Positions 1 through 15,200 of a stretch of DNA of 64,000 bases are shown here, one piece after another. The first letter of the stretch is position 1; every line of letters begins with the position of its first letter. The position numbers were made by a program, and so were the translations under genes. Origin of the DNA: Ascidiella aspersa (taxonomy: Eukaryota); the NCBI GenBank assembly GCA_963924565.1, contig OZ004609.1, positions 27,218,001-27,282,000 of the forward strand, in the 5' to 3' direction. The notes under the pieces were generated by a model. It was not told the origin of the DNA. It saw nothing but the letters and a program-made list of their open reading frames with translations, and did not search any database.

Positions 1-234
1 TAGACTCTATACGTATACAATATACAATACATGGTGTTGCATAGTCATTTATTTTCTTTGTTGAACGATATAATTATTCAAGTTAAGTTCGATAGAAAAT
101 TGCATTTCCAGCCCGCCATTGTCAATCATTACAGTTAACACGCCCGCAATGGCCGTGCTTTACCGTCATCAAAGCCTTTAACAAGTTTGGTGACCCCCAG
201 TTTAGCCAATACATTAAAAAAAATGTGGACTCAC

Positions 235-3200
235 CTGTCAGTAAGCGGGGTGATGACGAGTCGGGGAGTGTTTCCCAGGTACTCGTACGAGTAGAGAAAC
301 TGTGCGTCACAGATGTTGGCGAAGCAGTGCTTCTGCTCGTCTGCCCAGCGATGACGCAGCTGGGATTGCCACACGAACTCGCTGGCACTCTCGATCTGAA
401 TTAAAACAGTGTTCGCCATTAACGTACATATTGACGTTCAGACGGGTCTTTATAATTATCAATACTTCAACAAAGTCTTTGTGTGGCAAGGACAAGTTCC
501 AACCGAATCTTTAACGTGGATATTTACCCCGGGGTAAACTTGCAGAGTAATTTTTTTGATCAAAAATGGGTAAGTTGTTTTGTTGTGTGGTTTAAAATTG
601 TTGGGTGATATAGATAAGTTATATTTAAACCTATTAGTCGAATCGCAGATGAGTTGCAAATGTTTAGAAGAATACGGAAAATTTCGTGGACGAGTATATA
701 TTGACCAAAAGAAAACAAGAAAAATACTTGAACTACAATTTAAACGCAGTAATGTTTTAGAAGTGGTTTGTGTGTAGTGGTCAGAGTTGGATCAATTCTA
801 ATTTGTAATTGTTGATGTAATTAATTACAGGTTTTAATGTTATTGATATAGTAATGTATTTGAAACATTTAACGGAGCAATTGTAGTTGCAATTTAACTG
901 AATTAATGTAATTGATCCAACTCTGGTTGTGGTGACCATATTTTACGTGCTTAAAAAGTGATAAGAAATCACACTAATAATAATAGAAAAGATATACGTA
1001 TATATAAATGTTCTCTCTGTTCTCACCTTCTGTTGTATAAGCTTGGCAACCACGTCGCGAGCGTGCACGTCGATAGTACAGATGGTCATGATCTTCTGAC
1101 GGTCGTTCTTAGTCAGGTTGCCAATCAGATGCGTGATGAGCGTGTTCAGCTGCTGCACCTGCTTCTTGTAGTAGTCCTTGAGCGCGTTCTCGTAACCCTC
1201 CTCGAGGCGCGCGAAGGCGATACCGACCTGGAAGGCGTGGTTGAAGCGTCAGCGAATAAAAAATCGTTTCTCCAACAAGTTGAACAGTGCGTACTGCACT
1301 ACTGTGTATATACGCATGTGTATTGTGAATGGTAATTCAGCTGAGACCTCGCTACTCTGAAGTAGCAATGCCCTGCAAATTTGAACAGACTACAGAACAC
1401 GACTATGCTGTATCTTGTTGTTAATCCGCCCAACACCTAAGCTATGTAGTATTTCGATTTTGGTATAACTCAGTTGAAACAGACTACAGTAGGTTCCAGT
1501 ATAATCGATCTTATAAAACTGAAATCTATCTTTTAGCCCTGCATTGCCTTATTTGCAAGTAATACAAGCGCAAAATGCCCTAAAACGAGATTATGGCCTA
1601 CGTCTGCCTATTTAGTTCGCGATGATTCACCAAACGATAGTCTGGTAAAGTTTTATGGGAACGACAACAAAAAATGTGTTTAGAAGGAGCTTTATTTGCA
1701 AAAGCGATTAGAAATGTATTCGAGGCTTCCTGAGTCACTTTTAAAGCTCTTGAAGAGGCGCAGGCCGCGCATGAGCACTCCTAATCAGCCGTCAATAAAG
1801 CTAAGTTAATAGGTCTTAAAACTTGTAAAAATGTTTCCCATATTCGTCATCAAGGTTAAGGCTTTAATTAATTATTCATACAAATAATTGCATTATCAAA
1901 AAAATACGAAAAAGATCTACTTATTTTGTGTAAATGTTATTTTTTTTAATTTACTTATAGTTGGTTTGTTGGGTATACTAGTATAATTTGTTGGGTATAC
2001 TAGTATACAATGTACAGTTAAAGATTGTCGCTCTTATATTGCATTCTAAGCAAAACTAAGCATAATTACGAATTGGTACAACATTATATTAACCCAGCAG
2101 TAACACTTCATTTTTACCACCAATAAAAATCATGGTGTCTAACAAACTTTGTGCCCGAATGAAGCCCATCAGTTATACCTCGGTCGACCACCAGATTTGC
2201 GTGCACGTCAAGGCTACTTGAGCGGGGTAGTCAAACAACCAGAGGTCCCTGGGCTTTTCCTCGTAGGTCACCACTGCGTCGGCCATCTCGTTTCGTACGG
2301 TGGCTCGCATTGCGTCCATTACCTTGTTCAGCCACATTTCAACCTACAAAATCACGAAAAGTTTCATGTTGGTGACTAAGTGCTTAGTTATAGTACAGTA
2401 CAATGATAAAAATCTTTAACAAATGTTGGTAAAAAGTGAGTAGTATAGGCCAGGGGTCATCAAACTACGGCCCACCAGTTCAATTTATCCGGCTCGCGGC
2501 ATATTTCCTTAATGAAGATTAAGTACACTTAAAACTTTGTGTAATGCAATTCAAATAGAAAATTTGATGAAATTTTAAACAGTACGACCATGTATTGATG
2601 CTAACTACAGTTTTTATTGCACAATTATTTATATTTTTTCCGTTCAACAATATAATACTTTGTTTGTTTCTCATTTGTAAGTCTCCGAGATCCGTAAAAT
2701 TGTTTTAAATCCACGCAATCGTGATAATTTGCAAGATTTTATGATGAGCACTGAGCAATAAACAATATATATCACAATCTAGTAGATTGTATTAGGGCGT
2801 GGGTATGTCAGTGGAATAGTGGTTATGTCAGTGGAATTAACTGTTTGAGCACAATAAAATATAAAATCAATATAATGACAAGTTCAGGGTTCTTATGATT
2901 ATGACTATAACAAAATCTTGATAAACGATCAAAGTCGATCATGGCAAAGATTAAAGGCATTTTAGGGAAATACAGCCGTTTTTTTGAAAATATCATGTTC
3001 CTGGTCTCGATTCTAAACGATAAGCCGTTGTCGTGAACCGTTGTTCTATTAATTATCGAAGCGCAACGAAATCGGCTAAATTCAACACTTTTCTTTAACA
3101 TTTTTGCTCCGGACGTGAAACGAGCAACCAACCTGGCCGGTGCATGAGCACTCGTCTGTGAACACGACATACTCGTCCTCCCCGCTGTACATCCCCAGAC

Positions 3201-6200
3201 CGAGTTTCGTGGCGTTACCGTCGTCGTCCAGGGCGAACTCCAGCTTGGACATGTTGTCGAAGAGCTTAGCGAGATGACGGCAAACCTACAGTTCGCGCAA
3301 CAAAAAAGGTTTGAGTAAAGGAATCTCTTGGAAGGCACAAATTTTTTTTTTGAAAAAAAGTGTTTTACTATATAGGTGCAAATTAGATTTAAGCTTTTTT
3401 ACATTTATAAATCTTATAGTGAAATTTATCTTTGTAACTCGAAGCAGTTTTCAGAAAAAAAGTTTGATGGCGACGCTTTGCTAAAGATATAGGTCTTTGT
3501 TTCGTCGTTATAAGAATATTTTCGGCAAAAGCACGAGACAGTTTTTTTCGATGTGAGTTTGTGAGCAATTTGGACTAAGTTTAAAGATTAGTATAATTAC
3601 GAAAATGAAAGACACGCATTATAATCAAAAAATCGAAATTTAATTTTGAGGTTTAGCGCTGCCTAAGCTTAACAAACGTCTTCGATAAACTTTAACTACT
3701 TCTCGAATTGGAAATACGTAATAACCTTTAAATGCAGTGCACTTTTAAGCCTCATTTACAGTTGTTACATGGCCAATGTCAAATTGGCGTGCAAAAGTAT
3801 TTAACTTACCTCGACCGGGTTGTTTCCGTTTGAAAGAATATCAAGCAAGTCACTCGACGACACGAAGTAAAACCTCGGGAAAGCAAGTCTTTTCGTCTCC
3901 AAGTACTCGGCAAGAGCTTTCTCGCATAGCGTCAGTTTGGACTGTTTGGTAAAAACGGAAGATTATGTTTTTAATAATGTTACTTATGCAAAAATTTCGT
4001 ACCTGAAGTGATTCAAGCCTCTCGTACAATCCCTTTTTGTTGGTTGCTTCAATCACGTTTGGAGTTTTAATGGCGTCGGCCATTATTTCTAAAGACAAAA
4101 ATTTATATTAATTATGGAATTTTTATGCGGATAATAAGAATTGAACATCAGTAAGAAGACTCCTGGAACAACTGAACATTATTTTGTTACTCCTAAATCA
4201 ATTAGCTATACAAAAGTACCACAGAACACAACATAATAATCCTTTATAAAATCAGGATTTTCAGAAAAGTTAAAATAATAGGGTTTCGAAATTCCTATAA
4301 ATAGCGAAATTAAAATCTTAATTAAATTTCACAACTCAAAGAAGGCGATTTTTGAGCTTTCAAAAAAAAATTAAATTTTACTGTCACCGTCAAACGTACA
4401 AGCGTAAGTGAGCCAAATTTCCCCAACCCCTTGTTCAGATAAAAAAGTCAAGAGAACGCACCTTTGAAGTCCATATCGACGCCGTCAAAGCGTTTCGAGT
4501 CCTCTGGCAGCTGAGCCCGGATGTCTTCGGATCCAATGAAGATGCTCTCGAGATGCGACCAGGTGCGTTGAACCTCCAGCCAGATGGAGAGCACCGAGTC
4601 GGCGGTGGAGAGCTTCTGCACCCAGCCCGAGACCTCCTCCAGGAAGTGCGCGATGTACTTGGACGTCATCAGGTTTTGAAGTTGCACCTGAAACGGACGT
4701 CCGATGATTAATTACTACATAATTATTACCGGTGAAATCGGGCGTTTAAAACATTTACATCTCGGACAGAAATGAGATTTCGTTTAAACAGGAATACATG
4801 GTGTTTACCTGAATACCTTAATATATTTACTTCACATCCTAAAAAATCTCAAACCGCTACGGTTAATTTATATTGCGGGGAATTTAACTTTAATGATCTA
4901 TGTTTTCACATCGTTATGAGTATGACAAAATTGGGAGTGGTATATTTCTCAGGTATAACATAAGAAAATGGTGCTAGGACTAGTTCAGCACAGTTCATTT
5001 TATTTTTAAAGCAAGGTTTTTTTCAGTCATTATGGTGACCTATTGAAGGGGCTCATATAATTTTCTTGTGAATTAAAATTTTTGTTACTCAGTAAAAACA
5101 GTGACCATACACTTCATTTCTGGTCAATTGGGCAAGTATGCTGTTAGGGACGATCAGTAATAGCTTTGGGTCTATACTGTTATCTAAATAGGCACGGTGG
5201 TCATCAGACGAAACGTAGATGGGGAACCATATTTTAAAAGAAGATTTGAGCATTGAGCAGCAATTGAAAACCAGAAGATAGTTTTCTTGATTCTTCCCTG
5301 AAGAAATGATGCCAACGTCAACCATAAGACGCATCTATTTTACCTGGTTGTCTTCCAGGGTTTCGACCAGCTCCTCGCTGCTCTTGATCAACGGCGACTG
5401 TGTGCGCTGATGCATGTCGTACTCGAAGTCCATCGCCGCCCACGTCACATCCAGTTCCCTCAAAGTCTGATTGGTAAAATAACAGTTGAAAATAAATACA
5501 ATATATTATAATATATAGTCCTATATTGAGGATACGAGCGCAAATGATCATTAAACTATATCAGCTAAAGTTTGATGCATTTTAACTATTATTTGTAAAT
5601 AGGATGTTCAAAAATACTATGATCCCATTGATTGGATATTCATTCAGTGACTTCTATAGCTCACTAATGTGTTTTTACCAAAGTCCACTTATGACTCCTA
5701 AATAATGTAAGGAGCATGTGCCTAATATTATCACACCAACTTTATAAAAAGTGCTAATTACCCGCCATAATTGCACACAGGCCAGTCAGATCCTCATAAT
5801 ATACAGTGACAGTTTCTTAAAAATAATTTTAATCACCTGTATTTCAAATTATTTTAGTGACCATATGCTAGCCGGTGTCCTATACATATAAACCGATTGC
5901 CTTTTACAGACCTTTTCCATTCCCATTTCCTTGACCGCCTTGTCGACAATTTCTCGAACTTCGTCCTCGAAGTTGTGCAAGTTGAGCTTAAGAAGGTCGG
6001 CGAGGGTCGTGGTCGCGTTCATAGAAAAGCGCACCTGGCAAAACAATCATACGTTTGTCGACATTTTACATCACATCCAACCAACTAAAATGCAGCTGAA
6101 TTAGCCGTCATTGCATACAGGAGGTAATTTGCTTTTTGGTCTGGGCTAAAATTCGAGTGTCTGAAGAGGTTAAACTCAGTTCCATGCTACAAAAAAGTAC

Positions 6201-9200
6201 AGCGCTAGGAGGAGGTTTTAACGTTAAAAATTAATTCTAAGAAACTTCATTTTTAGGTAAAACTAATATGAGAGTATATAACAAGAGAGAGCGCATTTTT
6301 TTTTTGCTGGGAATTATTTATTTAGCCTTAGTAACAAGGAAGAAATCTGGTACAAGAAATTATTTCGACAATTGGCATTTTTTCTACAGCATAGCATTAG
6401 CTTATACCTTGGTGGCCTGCATAAGCTCGTGCCAATGACGATCGCGTATAGCGGAGTTCTGCAAATCTCCAACAGCCCTCAGCGAAGTGATCATGTTCTT
6501 TACCATGGCGTCCACGCCTCCAAACACGTCCCATGCACGCGCCTCCTTGTCTAGGCCTCTAATGTCCTGCGAAATTACGTTTTACTAGAGGTTTTATTTT
6601 TAGTAAATAACAATTATCAAGAAACGACGGGAATTTTCTTCAGTTTTATAAAAGGTTTATTTTTGAACGTTTAGGTCTTAGTATATATGCTTATCTTGTT
6701 ACAATGAAATAAAAGTTTTTTACCATTTTTTTAATTTACGAGCGTTTTTTCCTAGATCATACAGGTTGCTAATTTTCGCAACTTATTTTGGTATTTTATT
6801 GAATACCCACAATGGCCAGGAATAATGTCTCAATGGAGCTGTGGATAGAAACCAACAATACAGTATGAAATAATGAATATCCTAAGCATAGAGGAAGTTT
6901 GGTAATGAATTTATGTTAAGTCAACGATCGCACACATGAGAAGAAATGAGGTCGCCGTACGTTATGAGCGTAAGCATTTTTTCACCTTGGCAAATCTCTT
7001 GCAATCGACGTCCATCTGCTCGACGTTGATATCGGCCCATAGTGTTGTCTTCCAATCGTCGGTGCTGGATCGCACAAGATAAACCAGATCCCACACTCCC
7101 TTACATATGCAAACTTCTCGGCGACAAGCCTAAGTAATTAGGTCGTGGTAAATATTATAGGAAAACCACGTCGGCAGCAAAACGGAGAAATGTTGATATT
7201 TTAGGAGACAAAAATAATGTTGGTAAACAACCCATACAAATTCACTAAAAACTTTTTTCCATTTTTGAAATGCAAAGACACCTCCTAAATCATCACAAAA
7301 AAATAATGTATACTATACACTTTTTCAGTATTTCTATAAGTCCAGTTTTTTTGGTTTTGTTTAATCAAGGGACATTTTTGTATTTACATTTACAACGACG
7401 CATAATAAACACAAAAGCCTATAAATAAGCTGGATTGCCATTTTACCGTTTCAAACTGAACCTAATAATTTAAAATATAACTTAGCAAAAAAGTTTTTAC
7501 GCCACGTGCTTTCGAATTACCCAATGCGCTCAAATATAACCTATAAAACTATTTAAACCTGTTACAAATTTACGTAGCTTTATTTATAAGTCCGCTATTA
7601 CCTTATACACCATCACAAAAGTCCATACAGTTTTTGACTCTAATCCCGGAACTTACCTTGAGCTGCTTGTAGTCGGGCACGTTGACCTCAAAGAGGCCGG
7701 CCGACTCGTGCAGCTTATGCATCTCGCTCTCCAGCTCGAAGATCTCTTCCTGCATGACGTCGAGCTGTGCGTAGGGCTCGTCGCACGCGTACTTGAAGAC
7801 CGGCTCCTTGCGGAAGCGCTCGCGGTGCTCGTGCTGCTTCACGTCAAAGCTGGTGCACTTGCGCCGGATGATCGACACCTCGTTCGCCTGCGAATGTCCA
7901 TTAAAGCGGTTGCTTTAGGTTAGGGCAGTGGTTCTCAACCTTTTATGCTTCGCGGCCCCCTTTGATGGGCTCTAACTCTCGTGGCCCCCTGCTTATAAAA
8001 ATACCTAGCATTGTATTTAACGTGTTTGCACTTGTTTTACTTCTCGTTTTACAAGTAAATGCTTGTTTTACAACTTAACGCCCTTTAAGGAAATATCTGT
8101 ACCGGCATTACACGTTAATTGCTCGCCCAACTGCATTTGACGGACACCTAATGACTAGGCGAAGGTTATCGGCCAGTAATTAGTCACAGGAAAAAAACGC
8201 TAACGCCGAATATATGGCTGCATTTGAAGCTACAGCACAGTGATTGTTTCGACACAGCGATAGGCTGCGTTAATCCAAATTTTCCGCGATAAACCGAACA
8301 AATTATATCGTTTTCAATTACCCGACATAAACGGAAGAGCTTTTGCAATACCATGACCGATAGGTTGAGAGTTATGCCCGTGAGCCCAATCACCGTGACC
8401 CCCCAAGGGGCCGAGAGTCACAGTTGAGAAACCCTGGGTTGGGGATTGTTAAACCGGGGTGCATGGACCCGTTAGGGGTACGTGAGCTTGGTTTTAGGGC
8501 TCCGTGAAGGTTTGTTGAATTATTAGTCTATATTTCATAAGTAATCAATTTTTTAAGCAAAATAATTGTTTAAAAATAAAACGCTTTTGCACTGAATGTA
8601 TTCTGCCTTCATTTTACATTTTTGGACCGGAAACGTATATTTATGAAGTCGATTGGTATTGTGACGTCAATTTATGGCGTCATCTCTAAAAAAAATTCTT
8701 GTTAACACTAGTCAATGCGAAGCAAAAACTATTTTTAGGGGTCCGCGGTAAAAAAAGTTTAAGAACCCCTGCTTTAGGTTAGTGTAGTTTAGTGGTGCTC
8801 AACCGGGGTGCCTCTTTGCCCTGATGTTCCATTTCTAATGCTCAAGGGTTATTGCCGATAGGTGTTTGAGAATTTTTAGGAATCAAGGAAACCAATTTTT
8901 AGGAAAACCCCAATTTTTAGAAACCAATTGATTTTTGCTCAATTGGTGGGCTTCTTGGTACTATTTGTGTACGATTAAAGACCATTATATCAAATGACAT
9001 TGTCCTACATGTTTAAGTTGATTGTGTTGTTCCAGTTCTATTTACAGTGACAACTCAGTAAAAAAAATATAAAAAGAAAATTCCAGTCGGGGTGTCGAAA
9101 ATCTATTTATTATTTTTGCGGGGTGCCGTAAGCCATAAAATGTTAAGAATCATTGAGTTAGTGGCTTAATGAGATTTACAAATGGTCAACTATACTCGGT

Positions 9201-12200
9201 ATGTCTTTTAAAGGCAATAATGGCATCGAGGCAGTCATTTTGCATTGATAAAATGTGTAATGCAAGCCTATGATGTAAAAAAAGTATTTTAGTACGTTTT
9301 TCGAAAAAACAAGTATCTCTTTACTTCCTTTTAATGTTTTCAGTTTATCTCTGAATACAGCGTTTTTAAAACTTTAGGACAATAACGTTTTAGGGCATTT
9401 TGTTTCTACATTTTTCGTTTTCTATCTTTGGCAACATAGAATTACACAATCCGTAACATATTGGTCACATAATTGCTTACCTGCAGCGGGGCAACGGTTT
9501 GCTTCACGGTGACAGATAGCTTCTTGGTGTTGGTCCACTGCTCGGGCAGCTCTTGCAACAACTGGTGGACCTCTTCGGACATCTCCTGGTCGTACGACTG
9601 AAAAAAAAAACGCTTAAAAAACGGTGCGGAGAGGCCTCGTCAGTGTCGAAATTGCAAATTAAACAGTCTAAAAGAAACAATTTAACATTTAAGATGAAAA
9701 ATGCAATGAATTTGTACACTGAAATTTGTAATACATATATGTTGCGAAATTATATCTACCCAAGTCGGGTACTGAGGTTCGTTATGTTTCTGGGCTGAGA
9801 TTAATTATTATCTTTGCTGTTAGAAAACTTTTCAAATTGTGGCCAAATATACGTGCCTTCTGTTTAACATTATTTTTGCCATTAATCGTCATTGATCATC
9901 ACAGCAAACATATTTTGTTAATACGCCAAAGCAAGCACAACGTTCTCATGCCCGATTGACTGCAAAAACCTACCTCCTGAACTTTTGTGAAAAGAGACGG
10001 GAAGTCATTCATATCATGTCGTTTAGAATAATTTTTTATCGAAATTTTTCGGCCGAAAGTTTTTCTGGCAAATGGCAATTGCGAGCGGACGAATCATATG
10101 TTGTTAAACTATGATAACACTAGAACTCGATTTGAAATACTGTTTAGTTGACCCATTAATTTAATCGAGTGTGATTGCAAAATAAAATTGTTCTATTTCT
10201 ATGTCTGATATTTTAGGGTTATACGCAAGCTAGAATTTGAAAAAGATTTTATTTATTTTTAACACATTAATCATGCCGTCTATAGTCAATGATTTAGAAA
10301 ATGGCCTATTCGTCCAAAATCCGTTGAAATAAACAGAAGTAAGTTCTAAGAAAGTGACGCTCTCACTTTCCTCTTTGCAATCAAAAGATTGTCTATGCTT
10401 TTTATTAGATACACGACAGTAAAACGTCGACTGTAACTCAAGCCGGTGTCTAATTGATGCATTAAGCCGAGTAAATAATTTTCAACTAAAACAGGCAAAT
10501 TATTGGCTGTTTTAGTACATCCACAAGAGCAATGTGTTTAAACACATAAAAACAATTAGCAAAGTGCAAACCTTGAGCATTTCAATGGTCTGCTTGAGCG
10601 GTTCGAACATCACATCGGTGGCGTCGGCCCGGTCGCGCACGGCCATCAAGTGTCCCATGCAATCGACCAGCCCGTTGTAGTCGCCCTCCTCGATCGGACA
10701 GCCCAGCCCGGCGTCGGCCACCTTAATGAAGCTCTTGAGGTCCGACAGACTGACCTCCACGTGCTTGATCAGGTGCTGTGGAAATAGAAGTTCGATTTGT
10801 GATTTTTTTTCAATTTAGGCGGAATGTGTTAGCACGTCAACAGAGGACCTTAGCACAACCTTTCCCGAGCGTCGAGCCTATTAGTTTATTAGATATAGAT
10901 TGTTCAAATTTGACTTTTATCACAAACCGATTTTTTTTTTCAAGTAGCTGATGTAGTCAAATTTATTTAACTGAGTTTTTTTTGACGCAACAAATTAAAA
11001 AAAAATAAAAAATAACTCACGTATACATGTCAATATACCGCAATGTGTTTTTAGGCAATTTTGCGCTCTAGTCTAGACTGTTTAAAAATTGTGAAATTGC
11101 ATACAGCAGTGGTTGTTCAACTAGGTCCATGGACCCCTTGGGGTGCGTAGACTAGTTTTTAGGGGGCACACGTGTTTTATTCAAAAATAAAATAGTTTTT
11201 AAAAATAAAATATAATATGTAAAAAAAAAAAGATTTAGCGTCTTCTCCTTGAATGTATTTAGATTCCATTTCAATTTAAAATTTTTGACCATTTTTGATT
11301 TATTCGTTTTATAATGTCAATTAAAGACGTCATCTCTAAAAAAAATCATGCCGACCCTGCTCTACGCAAACAAAAAAAACCCTGGCCTATAGCAAACTGA
11401 TCAACGAATTCTAATTGTCACCGAACGGGACCGAAATGTTTTCGAAGGGTTCCATCAAGTTTAAGAGTTTTAAGACTCTCTTCAAGTTAAACGAACCTCC
11501 TTGAACATGTAGCTCCAGCGCTTGACTGTGTTGAGGAGTCCCTGCTTGAAGGGCTTGATTTGAACCAGAAACCACGAGTCGAACACTTGGGTTGGGTTCA
11601 CGTTGCTGATCACCTGGTACTGATGCTCGTAGGAATCGATCTAAAACGACAAACAGTCGTAAAAAAATGTCAAATACAAAACGTCAATGAATTTTTTTAG
11701 AACCAGGTATATGTTTTTTTCTGATATGCTGCAAGGCTTGCTATATGTTAACCTGGAACGAATTCACCAGACAAATATATTTATTTGATTCGTTTAATTA
11801 GGTGTAAGAAAAGTATGGCAATTAACCAGATTGAATTACAATATATAATATTTAATACCGAGGTTGTTCAATGTTCATTTTTATTAAAAATGCTTGTTCA
11901 CTTTTACCCATTAAAGATCAACAAATAGATTGTCACATGTGGATGTGTCTTTGTATTCTAAACCAAAAAAATACAAAATTACTCCTTATTGGTTTATTTT
12001 GTCTAAATACAAAAAAGTTTTGTTTGAGCAAGTGAGAAACATGACCGGAGCACAATATGCAATGTCCAAAGGTTGTGTTGACTTTTACCCTGTGACGATC
12101 AAATAAAAAGAATATCTTATGTGTGTTTTACTTCCAATGAACAACGTAATCACCTGCTCTTTGAACTGAGCAAGTGTTGGCGGCGTCTCAGGCACCCCGT

Positions 12201-15200
12201 CCTCGGCGTGTGCCTCAAGTTCCTCTGATGTAAGTATGTGGCCGTAGGTGAGGAACTGCCGCATGAACTCCTGCAACAAGACAGCATGGGTTCGCGTTAT
12301 TAAGGGTGGATTTCGAATCAGCAAACAATAGTTTTATATAGAAAAAGTAACAAACCCTTAGTACTGCACGTTCGTTTTGTTTTAATTAGATAAGTTTGCA
12401 CGTTGACTTATAAAGTTTCGATTGCACAGTGGCTCTCTCAATAAAGGGATTAAATTCCTTTTAAGAATGGTTAACTAAAAGAGAATTATCTTTCAGATAC
12501 TTGATTCAAGCAAATAGTTCACAATTGTTTTCCGACATTTTTAGGAAACTACTACATTTTGCCCTAACTTCAGAATAATAACCAGGCTTTACAGAAAAGC
12601 CTAAAACAAGCATACAAACGAACATTAAAAAATAATAAATCAAAAGGCTCACACTAAGCTTTGCTATTCAGCGTTCAAAAACAGCATCTGATGTCATTTT
12701 TTTAAGGTTTTTTAACTTCTCTAAAAGTTTACCTGACGGTCGTCGGTCCACAGATTTCCGTACTCGAGGAAGCCTTGCGAGTAGGACATGGCCTTATCAG
12801 CTACGTCACGTACGCGACGCACCAGATCGTTCTTCATGTTTACGAGGTCGTCGATATCTTCCATGTCGGTCTGGCAAAAATATAGGCAATAAATGCCGGC
12901 GTTACCTGATATATCACCAGAGACACATTTTTTGTGAATTAAAAAAAAGCCGTCCATGATATTGAGATACAGATATTTTGTAGGGAAGATTTATCTTTGT
13001 GAGATTTTGAACTGTTTAGAGCGGAGGAGTAAGTTACCATGTCCGTGAGTCTACTCTAAAACTCGTTTATGCTTAACCCAATGTCTATAAATAGACGCTT
13101 TGCAAAATTACATAATGTCTACGGGAACCAAAAATCACACATAGACAGTGCGTTTTAACTCACGGCCGTCCGAACTTGTTTAGGGCAGACGATTAAAATG
13201 TTCCTTTGGTTTAAGTAAGAATTTTGTCAATACATTATCGTGCGTCGATTGGATTCTATATATAGAATGTTTGCCATATATATTTGTACTTATATAAACA
13301 AGCGCTTTATTTACCAGGTAGTGTGGCGGCGCATCCAACGGCGCCACTCGAGGCATCAGAGAGCTCATTTGGTAGATGTCCTCCAAAAGTCCTTCGATCA
13401 GTTCTAGGAATCCGTCTTGGGTTCCTTCGACCAACGAAGGGCGGAAAATCATCTCAGGAGCTTGCAACTCGAGCTCGGCGATAAACAAGGGCTGGACGTC
13501 AGTCTGCAAAAGCAAGGTGTACATTTGTACAATAATACCTCATGGACGATCGATATACCCTAACGTAGATAACCTTTGAAGGGTATGTGTTGGTCAAACC
13601 TAAATAAAAAAATCAACGAGTTTTTACCAGTAACTGCAAAACAGTAGCAAATATTCATAAAACGTTTATCACTTGTCAATCATGCATATTTCTTTACAAT
13701 TTTAATACTTCTAGGTAATAATAATTTTTGCATTTTATTACATATTACACACTCTGATATTTTATTATACCTAGATTTATAAACATACTAGTGAAAGCAT
13801 TTTAGTTCAACTTTAACTCTTCAGTCTAACTTGCCATATAACCAAGTGTTAACCTTAATTACGTACAACTTTAACATATTTTCCGTAACCTTATCTGAGT
13901 TATTTTTTGTTCTTATGTACATCTCTTCTCACCTCGGTGTTCTCAATAAAATAATTGAGAGAACAATAAATGCAGTTGAAAAATCCGTCTACGACCATAT
14001 CGTCGATGTAGCTGATGTAGGCTTGCCAAATTTCCGTGTCTGGATCGGCACCGAAATATTCCAAATTTTCCTGTGCAAATAAATGCTTGTATTAACGCTG
14101 GTAAAACAAAATATTTTTCAGATAAAAAACATTGATTCACTTAAGATTCTGTAACGGCTATAGCAAAACAATATAAGTGATAAACGCTTCTAAATTACGG
14201 CAGAAACTGTTTCGATCTTTCGTTAAACTTTTTTGTCCAACTACAAACAGGAAAAAAGAAAATATTTGTATCTTACAGCAGTAAAGGCCTTAACTCAAAG
14301 TTAAAAGATCGGTCCACAAATTCACAAATTACCTTGTCAGAAACCGCCAGTTTAAATCCTTATAAACACTAAATCAATCTAAATATGACAATTTTAGCTT
14401 CATTGTGAGCATTTACCCGAATGCACTTATGAATGCGTTCGCCGTCTGCAGTTATCGTCGCGTAACGTTTCGCGAGTCGATCTTTTCTGTCCTCCAGGTT
14501 CAGTAGCGCGGCGGGATTCGACTGTTTTCGCTCGAACAATGGGGTTTCGGTCCAAGTCTGCATTAGAAACGTGAATTAGAAATCAATAAAATCATACAAA
14601 AAAATGTAGAATTGGAAAAAAACACTAAAAATGGGAAACTAAAGCAAGTTAAGAACGTGACAGAACAAGTTTAGAATAGTGTAATCATGGCGAACAATCT
14701 AAAAAAAAATCGAAGGAAATAAACAATGAGTAATATTATTTTCAAACTTTTCGCCCGCTAAACACATCAGGTTATAAACTACCGTGCTGATTTTTGTTCA
14801 TTATTCTTTAAATATTTTTTTAAATAGCGTTTACTGTATATTTTAAAATTTTTGAGTATATATATATAGGTTATTATAATTATAGGTAGCAAAAACGCCT
14901 AGTGGTACTAGAAACGAGTATAATACAACAAGTAGAGGCATCACTATAAATGAAGGGTAGTTCTGCGGGTCACAGATAACGTTAACGCCGCCATGGTCTT
15001 AATTTACCCTTTTATATATACCTTCATTATGCTTTCGATTAGCTCCACATTACGCTTGGTCTTCTGTACGCGTATCTGGAGATCGTTGACTTTGTCTCTG
15101 GTGGCTTGAATGTAGGTCCATATCTCTGTATCGAAATAAGGGATTAGATCTCTTGTTCTCATATAAGGCACCCAGTGCAATTTTTAGTAAATCACAGGCT

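Noticed and set aside
1965-2009. Local direct duplications (22 bp here; also ~24152-24217 and 33671-33709) and (tat)n at ~51582
   Set aside because: Ordinary slippage duplications; there are no spacers, so they are not CRISPR-like arrays.
5089-5215. Minus-strand CTGATGA...CTGA...CTGA in a dynein intron (C/D snoRNA or hammerhead-like)
   Set aside because: There is no convincing terminal stem or identifiable rRNA guide. The CUGAUGA and GAAAC cores are on opposite strands, so it is not a hammerhead.
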